This document shows, in pieces, positions 1-11,757 of a DNA stretch of 64,000 nt. Source of the stretch: Adineta vaga (lineage: Eukaryota > Animalia > Rotifera); the NCBI GenBank assembly GCA_021613535.1, contig CP075492.1, positions 12,648,001 to 12,712,000 of the forward strand. The letters are read 5' to 3'. Made by a program: the position numbers and the translations under genes. Below the pieces are notes generated by a model. The model ran no database searches and was not told the DNA's origin. It saw only the letters and a list, made by a program, of their open reading frames with translations. The stretch's first letter is position 1, and each line of letters starts with the position of its first letter.

Positions 1-2885
1 GAATTAAGAATTAAAGTCTTAAAAAAGAAAAAGAAGATACATTGGTTCTTAGAAAAGATTAATAATTTGATCTGTCAATAATATGATGTAAGAATAAGTG
101 TCATCTTAGTGATGACCTATGATATATCTCTTTCGAATGTCAATAGGATGTCTTACAAATACACAAAAAAAATTCTATTGTTTTCAATTGGAAACAAATG
201 CCTTTTTTGTTGGTATAAGAAGAAATCAATAGATTTCTTATGTGTTAACAAATTTCCTTTGTTGGTCATTTTATGTTAACTGATATATGATATAGGTCGT
301 TACATTGTCTGCTCATCTTTCATGAGGTTCAATGCTTATGCAAATGAGCCTTGAACTTCCTTTTAATTTAAATGGATTTAGGCGACAAAGCATTATGAAT
401 AAGACTTGTAATAAACTGATGATGCAATCTCTAAGAATAAGTAAAAGCAATGACGCCAAACTAAATCTCAATTGACACCTCGATGATGAGAAAAGAAATG
501 ACAGAAAGACGAACGAACATGTATGAAAAAAAGGAAAGAAAAGAAGAAAGAAAAGAAAGGAAATTTTTTTTCTTTCGAGCTATGAGATGTATTTTCATTA
601 TTACCAGAGAAATACAAAATTTCATCATTTGACTGATTCTTGTTTTACTACATCTACGTACGTACATGTACAATATTTACACCAAATTACATCCAATTTT
701 TTTCCTCTTTCCTTCGCAGCTTTTTTTCTTTTATCAATGAACAAAAGTCGGTAGATTGCCGTCCTCGAGAAATAAGATCTTGCCTATGGCGATGTCAACA
801 ATCTCGTTCCTTTTACTAATATGTACGTATGTATGGATTTATGAGGATATTCATTATCAAACTCTTTTTTTTTTCTTCTTTACTAGAGTTGATTATCAAA
901 TTTTATAATAGACAAGAATAAAACATACATATATAAGCACGTACACCTACATTCATATAACTACCAGACAAACATAAAGATCTTATATTCATACGCCTGA
1001 AAAAATAAAAGCTCGCTTTCTGTCCAGTATTCCAGTATGTATAAATATATTTATCTTATATTATTTCACACTTACTCTAATACTAAATTGCATTTCTCTG
1101 ATCTTAAAGTCTTACATTTATTCTTCGTCTTATTATTCAATCTGACTTTTAGGTAATACCTCTCATTTTTCTTTTTTTTTCATCGCTTATGAATAGCAGT
1201 TGACTAAATTATAACATCTGTATAAAAATGTTTCATTTTGCCTATCAATTGATTCAAATAACTTATTCCTTTTTTTTCTTCTTCTTCTTCTAATTCGAAA
1301 GAAGAAAAAGTCATCTTTCTAATTATATAGTTTAGTTGGCTAGGAAAGATTTCTTGAGATACATTCATGTACAAATTGGCTCATTAGATAGATATATACA
1401 TATATGTATGTAGATGTGATGCAATTTGAAAATAGTTTTTAATTGAAAAAAATTGAAGATGACCATTGCGAAGAAGAAGAAGAAGAAGAAAAAAATTGCT
1501 CATGCGATTCACATTATTGAACGATATATTTTGAAGATAAGTACATCGCGGCTGAAGATTGATCATAAATGATTCAAATGCATGATAAAAGAGAACGAGA
1601 AGGAGAGAAAGAATAAGTTTATCAATGTCTACACAAGCAATTATATTTTCTAATAGTTGTACATTTTCATTGTTTTATTTGATCAAATTCTCAATTGTCA
1701 CAACAAATAAAATTAAATGAACCGTAGAGAATGACAATGTAATGAGAATATGAAACAATTCAATTATAAGTTTCTTACATCATTAGTTTATTTTCGTCGA
1801 TATGTTCCGTTTTCAATCTTTTCTTTCGTACATCAGTAAATAAAACACCTTGATTATTTGAATATTTGTATAACATGTGTAAGGTTTCTCCAACGGTTGT
1901 TATTCATTATTCAAACATCCTGCCAGAGAAAGAGAGAGAGAGAAAAACATAGAGGTAAGCAAATGAAAAAAAAAGCAAAATCAATTGTTTTCTCTTTCTA
2001 ACAGTGATCATTTTCACTTTCACCTTCTAATCGCTTCATTGTCACGTTTAATCGTTAAACTTCTTGATTGTTTTCTTCACGCATTTTTGCTATTTTCAAC
2101 ACATCTTTTCCGACGAATGATTCGAACATCAGAGATGAAAATAGATACGTGACAAATGGCTATGATCATTTAGTTTCTTCCGTCAACTAACTTTTCATGT
2201 CCATCAAGATTTTTCTCAAGGTTAATGTTGTTGGTAGGTATGAAACAAACATTCTTCAAATCGTTTCGACATTGATCAGTATAGTTTCTTTTCAAATTTT
2301 CAAGTAGAAATTGTCTTGTTTAGTAAATCTTTTCAAAATCAGAGATGATCTTGTTTAAAGAACCTCCTCTTTCGTCTTTTTTTCTCTCTTCATTTTAGTC
2401 AATAATCAATCGTTGAACTTTTGCAGCATAATTCATGTTTATATAAATTACCCTTCAAGATTTCATTCGACGCGAAAAAAAAACTGAGAAGGTGTGTTAC
2501 ATCCACACGTATGAAGTATAGACACACTTGAAACGATTCACTGTCGCTGAAGTGATGGTAAAGAAGTAGAAAAAGAAAGCGAGTAAGAGAAAAAGAGAAC
2601 AAAAATGATCTCAAATTTTGCATCTCACACTGCTGATGGGAATGACTAGAGATGTGCGTAATCATCTGAACATAACTTAAACAAAAGAAAGGCAGTCTGA
2701 ATTGAAAATAAGTACGAATTTAAACAAAAGAATAAAAGTGAGGGGTATTGATCTAAAAAGAAATTCTTACTTATAGTCATTTAGTTTTCAAATATGAAGC
2801 AATGATATAATTCATTTTTTTCTCTCTTCATTTCTTTAGATTTGATTGATGATCATTTCTTTCACAAACGGTGAGCACACTCATC

Positions 2886-5800
2886 ATGAACGAATTTCTT
2901 CTGATTCTACTTCTAACAATTATCACAAGTCAGACACAAGGTATAGTCTTTCATCCACTTAGACAACAACGAAATAGTTCAAGAAGACTGATTGACTAGA
3001 TATACATATATGAGAGAGTTGATTTAATCAGTATTCATCGATGATTGTTATGAAAATGAATGAAGTAGGATAAAATATGTCAATAAACAGAAGACTATTG
3101 AGTGACTTTAATATTTTAATGAAATCTTTAAACACGTTTTATTGAAAAAGAAAACTTCTATATGGTTTCATAAAAAAAATTGTTTAATTAAGGTCAACCA
3201 TGTACACTTCAATTTCTCCCTGCACTTCAAATCATTACAATGTCTGAGGATACGCAACCAGGAGATCTTGTTGCTCGTCTACAAATTACTGGTACTGCAT
3301 CCGAAATCTCTACTCGACTTGTTTATAATAGTTCAGAAGTGAAAACAAACGGAACAGAATATTTCACATTGAATTTTACTAATCTTTATTTGCGTTCGTG
3401 TAAGTTTTTGATTGAATTGACTAAATAATGAAATTTTCTATTGTTTCAATTAGCTCTTGATTACGAATGGTGGTCAACAAATAATTATCCAAATCCATTT
3501 CGTTTCATTGTGGAATGTACAGTTTTAGCAGATCAAACACGGCGAAATATTGATTTTCAATTGGATCTTATCGATGCTAATGATAATCCACCGAGATTTA
3601 ATCAATCAATCTATCAAATCAATATATCAGAAAAAACAGCGATCAATACGATTGTATCAACAGCAATTTCAGCATATGATCTAGATTCCGGCACCTATGG
3701 CATGTTTTCATATTATCTTTCAAATAATTCATCACCATATGATGTAAGTCATTGACTATTTTGAAGTATTTGTAAAAAAAATGTTTGTTTTTTAGTCTTA
3801 TTTTCAATTATTAAGTACGAAAAATGCCGGTTTAATTCTTGTCAAAACGCTTGATTATAATTCGATGATTCCAAATTTTAATCTATCGATCATTGCACAA
3901 GTAAAACTAACAATTTTCTTTCCAATCTCATGTATTTAATCGTAGGATATTTCCAATTCTTCACTTTCATCTCAAGCAACTCTGTCCATTCATATTATTG
4001 ATGTAGATGATCTAAATCCTGCTTTTCTTTCATCATCCTATAATCTCAATATTTCCATTAATACAACAATTGTATGTTTAAAAATCGTCATAAATTTTAC
4101 GAAGGTACAAAAAAACAAATGATTGTTACTTTTTTTTAGGGTTCAGAAGTTATACCCAATCAAGGTCGAATCTTTGCATATGATCAAGATTTAGGAATCA
4201 ATACAACGATTATTTATTCGATATTAACATCAAGTTAGAGAATACTTTTCGTTTGTTTTCATATTTAAATCGTTTATTTTAGATATCTATTTGACAATTA
4301 ACAATCGTACTGGTGTTATTACACTCCAACGCGAATTCAATTCTACAATACAATTTGATCTTTTAATTAAAGTAAAGTTTACTACAATTGAAATGTGTTA
4401 TATCATGTTTTTTTTCCTACTCGAAATTAAGGCAGAACAAATTGATAATTCTAATCGATCTGTAACGACGATTTTACATGTGAATATCTTTGAAATTAAT
4501 CTTTATCCTCCAAGTTTTTTCAATTCTCCTTATTCAATGTTTGGATATTTATCGAATAATATTGATCAAATACCAATTTTCAATGGAACTGTCATTGATA
4601 ATGATGCAGTAAGAAGAAATCTTTCTTCTATAAGAAAAAAAATATGAATATTTTTATATAGTTACCAAGATTAAGTTATGGATATAGTTGTGATTCTTCA
4701 TTACTCTATTTAAATATTAAAAAAACCAGGTAAAAAACATGTCTATGAAAGAATAAGTATATGATTATGATCTTTTTATGTATAGTCTTCGTGATTTTCA
4801 AATTCGACCGATTTATTTTCAAACACTTCCTGTTTGTCAACCATGTTTATGTGTATTGAATGTTTCGGATGGACTTTATGTAAGTTTCAATCGTTTATTA
4901 TATTTTTATAATTGTATTCAATTTAATTTAGTCAAGTCAAACAAATCTTAATGTTCGTCTTTATACACCGATTTCATTTGCATTGAATTCCTATGTATTC
5001 TCAGCTGATTATCCATTGAGTGATCCGACTATTACGATCGGTCAGATTCTGGTAGATTATTTGATAACTAACAATTTACTTTTATTTACTCAATCATCTT
5101 CTTTAGATTAACACTGATTCACTCTGCTCAGTGCAATATTCTCTCCTTGGTTCATCAAGTGCTGTCTTTTCAATTTCTTCCAATGGTAATATCACATGGA
5201 CAAATCTATTGTCACCACCAACTCAAGAAGTTTATCAATTTGAAGTTTTCATTCGACAAAATTGTTCATTACTATCGATGAATATATCTACCGATGTGAT
5301 TGTAACTATTCGTAATTTTCCCTCTTCAATTCCTTCTTCAACGTCAACATCATCACGACTTGATAATGGCACAATCTATGCTATTATTGGAAGTGTTGGT
5401 GCATTTATATTAATTATTGTTGCAGTTCTATTTATTATTATTTATTATCATATTCAACGTGCTAAACAACGTGTACCACCATTTTTTAAAATACGAAAAT
5501 CTTCTCCAGCACAAGGTTTAACATTTTTCAAATCGAAAAGTCCATTAAATGATTCGTCACCATATACATTAGGTGTTCGAGATGATGATTCATCAAATAG
5601 CAGTAGTGATCATACATCCTCATCACCATTAAATAATCGTCTTCTTTCTGGACGTTATAAAGTCAATGAATTACCTGTTAATACAACTATTGAAGAATTA
5701 TTATCATCGTATGATAATCGTTCGACAAGTAGTTCATCGAGTTCATCAGGTGGAGGTGAACATGGTATGACATCGAATACAGGTTCATTTCGTACAGTTA

Positions 5801-6485
5801 TACGTGAAACTATTGATCATCAACAATTAGATACGATTAATGAAGATAGACAATGGATGAATAGTAATCTTGAACAAAGACGTACCAATAGTTTACGACA
5901 TCAAATTATTCCTGAAGATGCTATGGATATTATATCTGAATCTCATGAGGTAGATATTAGATTAAAATATCCTACTAATGCTTGTTTGACTTGCTTAAAT
6001 TCTAATTCAATTAATTCTCTGTGTTCTCATGCTTGTTCATTGTTATCGAGCATATCAACTCACTCATTGTTATCTTCCTCTTCCTCCTCATCATCAGGTT
6101 CGACAACCACTGTTGCTGCTTGTCAACAACAAACAACAACAACACCAACAGTTGAAGTAGGACATAACAGCTCTTGTAGTTTCGATTATGCTCGATTCAA
6201 TTTGATTGCTTCGACTCGTTGCTAATTCTTGTAGTAGTAGTATTATTCATTTATTTGTTGTTGTTTTTGTTTTTCTATCTAACAAATGCTTGTAACTAAT
6301 AGATATCTGCATGATAGTTTTTAATTTCGATTAAATACATTGCAATATATTTCTTCTTTCAGTCATCCATCAGCGGCACAGGTACCGACGTTGGACTATC
6401 ACCATCAACGATATTACACCAACAGTCCAACTCGAGAAATGTTCTCAGTCGAAATTTAAATGAATATTTGACAGTATTTGTGTAA
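2886..6485 (+). CDS. Non-classical cadherin: signal peptide, about 3-4 EC repeats (later ones degenerate), one TM helix, long Ser-rich cytoplasmic tail; multi-exon
   Basis: Exon 1 2886-2940 MNEFLLILLLTIITSQTQ splices to 3193. Cadherin Ca2+-binding motifs LDYE, DANDNPPRF, AYDLDSG, DVDDLNPAF, AYDQDLG, EINLYPPSF. TM IYAIIGSVGAFILIIVAVLFIIIYY. The 3' end is uncertain: read-through stop at 6225, or splicing 5949 to 6363 ending YLTVFV* at 6485. Confidence 0.85.
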
Positions 6486-7324
6486 AGAGAAAGAGTAGAT
6501 TTTATTGAAGTCAATATTATGTTGTTTATTTTCGATAAGAATTCTTTCAAGTAAACGACACGTTTTATTTGTATTCATCTTTTTTTTGGTCTCTTTTGTT
6601 TCTTTTTTTTTCTTCTTATTACGAAATATTTGGTAAAAGATAGCTGCGATCTGAGTGATATACATTGGAACGAAAAATTGATTTGAAAATATACTTTCTA
6701 TGAAAGTCCTTCATATAATTGACGAGCGAATTTCTTTTCACCAGTTTGAAATTAGATGGGAGGTGTGGAATATGTCTCGTATAAAACATATTCATTTTTT
6801 TTATATCAATGTATTTCACACAATTGATGTAAAATGAAAAATGATGTAATATATGTAAAGTTGGTTCGATATACGATTGAAGCGGAAGATTCAATGGTAA
6901 GTGCTTTTTTTTTTGCTGGTGCAAAATGAAGTTGGAGAATGATTCGTGCAAACAACATTTCAAATAGAACGATTGTACAACTATAGTCTTCTGAATGATA
7001 AGAAATCTTTTTGCCTGCTTGTAATTAGTAATATCATGTCAATATGCGACATCTAATGTATATCAGTCTATTCTATTCTAATATTCGTCAGTCCGAAAAT
7101 AATTCTCCTTCCTTGCCGATTATTTTGATCCGAAATCAGTAAAAAATGTATAATTTATCGAGGAAAGATCTCTTCTACTTTATTTTGTCGAACAATTATT
7201 GTTCTGTTTATTTATTTTTTTTTTATAATTTGTTCAGTTTGTACATATTAAATGAACAATATGGCGAGCAATATCAACTAATATACACATCTACATATCC
7301 TTCCTTCGAGCTTATTCTTCACTG

Positions 7325-9725
7325 ATGCATTACGAATCATATCAAATGTCTACGACAATTACGAGTCGTCGTAATCAGCACGGCGCAGGCGGTGGAATCG
7401 ATGGTTATACTGCTCAAGATCATATCGATGCAAGTAATGCACAATTAAATTCAACACGAGCTCAACGTATTCGAGCAGCAATATTTCCTGAAATAGCTGA
7501 TGATAATAGTTCGAATAATGTACCATGTTCACCTATATCTCCAACGCAATTTCGTACTGGTCAAGCAACAGCTGTACAAAAACTATCTGAACCATCACAA
7601 CTATTAAAAAATGCTGTTAATGATATCATTAATTACAAAGAAGATGCAGAAATTACTGAAAAAGCACTTCCCGAACTTATTCGTTTATTAAATGATAATG
7701 ATCCACTTATTGCTGGACAAGCAGCATTAGTTTTACATACTTTAGCAAGAAAAGAAGCCAGTCGAATTGTATTATCCAGTTCACATATAGTACAAGCATT
7801 AATTCAAGCCATATCAAATCCACGTGCTACAGATGAAACACGTCGAGATGTTGCAGGAGTATTATATTGTCTTTCTCAATATAAACAAGGTCTTCTAATG
7901 ATTTTTAAAGCAGGTGGTATTCCAGTACTTGTTAAATTACTCGAGTAAATATCATTTAATTTGATTTGCGAAATTCCTCAATTGTTTATCTTATTTTAGT
8001 TCATGCAATGAATTTGTTGTTAATCATGCATTATCTACATTACATAATTTATTATTATATATTGAACAAGCAAAATGTGAAGTTATTTGTTGTGGTGGTG
8101 GTCAAAAAATGATTTGTTTATTAAATAATCCCAATCCAAAATTTCTTGCCATTCTTATCGATTGTCTCTATATGTTAGCATTCCATAATGAAGATATGAA
8201 ATTACTTATTGAATCAAGTAATGGTTCACAACAATTATTGCGAATTTTAGATATGACAAATTATGAGAAATTAGCTTGGACAACAACACGTCTTCTTCGA
8301 GTTTTATCTGCTAGTCCAACAATAAAAACAAATATGGTTGTGAAAAATACTGTACAAATCTTAGAAAAACAATTGTATCAACCAATTAGTTTACGTGTTC
8401 AACAGAATTGTTTACTGATTCTTCGTAATCTATCTGATCAAGCTGTTCAATTAGTTCGTAGATTACTTATCTTTTGTTTTAATTCTTAAGTGAAATTGTT
8501 TTATTTAGGAAAATCTTGATTCACTCATTCGTTTACTCATCGATCTTTTACGATCCAGTGATTTTATTACTGTTACATGTTCAGCTGGTATTCTTTCGAA
8601 TTTAACATGTAATCATCAATATAATAAAGCATTTGTTGTACAATCTGATGGTGTACATGCTTTGATCAATACATTACTTCAAGGTCATAATAAAGAAGAA
8701 CTTATTGAACCAACGATTTGTACATTAAGACATGTAACAAATCGACATTCACATGCAAATGAAGCACAAAATATCATTCGAAGTATGCATGGATATGTAC
8801 CTATTATTGATTTACTGAATCCAACATTATATTCTTGGCCAATAATTAAATCAACAATAAGTTTAATAAGAAATTTAGGTTTATCAAAAGAAAATCTACC
8901 CGCCTTACGTGAAGCAAATGCCGTAGAAAAATTAGTACAAATACTTATTCAAAGTTATGATCAATTAGAGCATCAAACAGCTCATAAACAATTCAATGAT
9001 AATTGTATTCCTATGAATGATATTATTGAAGGTTCTATTTGTGCATTACATGTTCTTGCAAAAGATCCACAAAGTCGACAGATGATAAGAAATTTAGATT
9101 CAATACCATTATTTGTTCAAGTAAGAACATGTCGAAGAGAACGAATAAAGAACGAAAGTTTTTTTTTTCCCGATTAGTGTCTTCGTGCACCAACAAATAT
9201 ACCAATTCAACGTGCAACAACAGGTGTTCTATGTGAATTAGTTAATGATCGAACATGTGTAGAATGTATTGAACAACAAAATTGTACACAAATCTTAACA
9301 GATTTACTTAAATCAAATGATGAGGGTGTTGGTTAGTTGAATGAGTTGTTTTGTTTTTTTCTTCATGATAAAAAAGAAACGAATTTCTTGATCGTATTTC
9401 ATAGCAACATGTGCAGCTGCGATTTTATTCCGTTTGTCAGATGATAAACCATGCAATGATGGTGTGACAACATTTTATCGTGAAGAACATGGTGTTAAAA
9501 ATGTAAATATTTTATTCTTATTAAAACATTTACGAATCGTCTTCTTTTTAGCATTATCAACCGAAACCTGATCCTTATGCACGATCTTTTCGACGAACAC
9601 CACCACCAATGCATGATGCACCTATTATTAGTTATTACACATCGGAAAGTTCACCTGTTAGTGGTTTAATCGATAATCCCAATTGTCAAGGAGGAGGAGG
9701 TGCTTGGCTTGATAGTGATCTGTGA
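7325..9725 (+). CDS. CTNNB1: Beta-catenin/armadillo paralog A (adhesion-type features)
   Basis: TRAQRIRAAIFPE, VQKLSEPSQLLKNAVNDIINYKEDAEITEKALPELIRLLND, GILSNLTCNHQYNK, ICTLRHVTNRH, EGVATCAAAILFRLSDDK and C-terminal AWLDSDL* align with vertebrate beta-catenin (TRAQRVRAAMFPE ... AWFDTDL). Six coding exons. Confidence 0.93.
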
Positions 9726-9960
9726 AAACATTGCTTTTTCAAAATCGAAATATTTATACGTAGATAGATAGTTTTTATATATTATATACTTATATCTCAG
9801 GGATTTAGGTATTTATTTTAATCGATCTAATTATTTATTCATTTAGTTTTCAATCTCAGACAGATATATTTATATTTGCTCAAAACATTTTTAGTTTTTT
9901 TTTATCTAATAAAATTTCGTATTATTGCAGATCATTGAATTCTATTGATAATACATCATC

Positions 9961-10921
9961 ATGGCTCGATCGAAATGTTTCTTGTATGATAACGTGTTAT
10001 CTCAATTTGAATAAAACAACTAAGTTATTCTTCTTTGTTTTGTCATTTAGCGATGTTAATGTTGATGATAAACCATTGGGACGAATTTTATTTCTCGTAA
10101 GTCAATTGAAATATTATTTATAATGGCGATATTCTGTTTTTGTTTTCTTTTCAATTAGCTCTATAATGATGTTGTACCTAAGACAGCAGGTATGAAGATA
10201 AAACGAAATGTTAAACTGAAAGATTTGATTTTGAACTATAGAAAATTTTCGTGCTCTCTGTACGGGTGAACGAGGTTATGGATATAAAGATTCAACTTTT
10301 CATCGAGTAATTCCTCAATTTATGTTGCAAGGTGGTGATTTTGAACGACAGTAAATTAATATTGTTTTCTAAGAATTATTTATTGAAATTATGTCATCTA
10401 TTTTAGTAATGGTACTGGTGGATATAGGTAAGTAAGATTCCGATGATATAATGATAAACTCTTAATTATTGAATTAATTAGTATTTATGGAGGTAAATTT
10501 GCCGATGAAAAGTATGTAGTTTTAAATATGATTAAGTGAAAGAATATTATGTTGTTGTATATCATTAGTTTTCAACTTAAACATACAAAAGAAGGTTTAC
10601 TTTCGATGGCTAATGCTGGCAAAAATACGAATGGTATTGATTTCTTTTCTATTGCAAAAGAAAACGTGTCGGACATTTTCATTTAAAATTTAGGTTCACA
10701 ATTCTTTGTTACCACTGTTCAAACACCGTGGCTTGATGGTAAACATGTATGTATAGCGAGATATACTTCGTTTTTTTTTAATATTTTCTTATTCATAGGT
10801 TGTCTTTGGTGAAGTTACGGATGGTATGGATATTGTTCGTAAAATCGAAGCTTTAGGTTCACAATCAGGCAAAACACAAAAACGTATTACAATTGCTGCT
10901 TGTGGTGAATTAGATCGTTAA
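9961..10921 (+). CDS. Cyclophilin A-type peptidyl-prolyl isomerase, copy 1 (8 introns)
   Basis: Spliced: [132 protein letters not shown]...CGELDR*. Confidence 0.95.
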
Positions 10922-11351
10922 AGATCATGCTCAATTTTGACTCATTCTTCAAATTATTCTCGCATATGCATGTTTTTTTACTCACCTTCAGTTTCATATA
11001 TAATGAGTATGATGATGCTTTATAGTGTTACCTAGATCGCGTGTTAGTAGAAGAAAGTGAATGATTGATAACCCTGTTACGTACACATCGTTATTATTGA
11101 TTATGTTTAGATGAAATTTTAAACAATAAAGATAGCAAACGTTTTTCTTTTTCTCAATTGAATCCATTTGATCAATGAACATGTCAAATAAAATCTTGAT
11201 AGCATATTAGTTCAATGATTAAAAAAAATCTTTCATTCTCGGAAGAGATGATGAATATTTCCTGACGTGAATCTCGTTGTTTCCTGACGATAGATGGCAT
11301 TAAACTCATAGTAATTGCGTTTAATTCATGAAGTCATTTCAAATAGATGAC

Positions 11352-11404
11352 TTCGTATGATTTTTCAAATGAAAAAAATAAAAAAATAAAAAAAATCATA
11401 CGAA
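11352..11404. repeat. 14-bp perfect inverted repeat with A-rich 25-nt spacer
   Basis: TTCGTATGATTTTT (11352-11365) and AAAAATCATACGAA (11391-11404). Confidence 0.7.
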
Positions 11405-11757
11405 TGATTTTTACGATTTAAATAAAATAGAGAGGACACAATGTTAACAAGTTAGATAATTATTCTTTTCATTGGTTAAGAACAAACAACGCTGGCTACA
11501 TATCGACATCCGAACAGACAAAGAACGACCGCCGTGTCGGTCGTTTCTTGTTCTTCATCTCGTTTCCATTTTCTACTTTTTTTCACTCGGCTTCATCACA
11601 AACGCACACATCTAACAAATTTAGGTAAGAATAATGAACGCATACCGTAATGCATTTCTCGAGCACATAATAAAAGAGAAGAGAGAAAAACGCACTAATA
11701 GAATAACGAACATCTATCATTTTATTCTTGCACTTTCTTTTTAACCAGATAGTAATC

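Noticed and set aside
1-2880. Short ORFs (461-673, 1384-1566, 2399-2665) and purine-rich tracts
   Set aside because: Low-complexity F/L/S/K-rich translations of AT-rich simple repeats. Probably promoter or 5'UTR introns of the cadherin, with no family motif.
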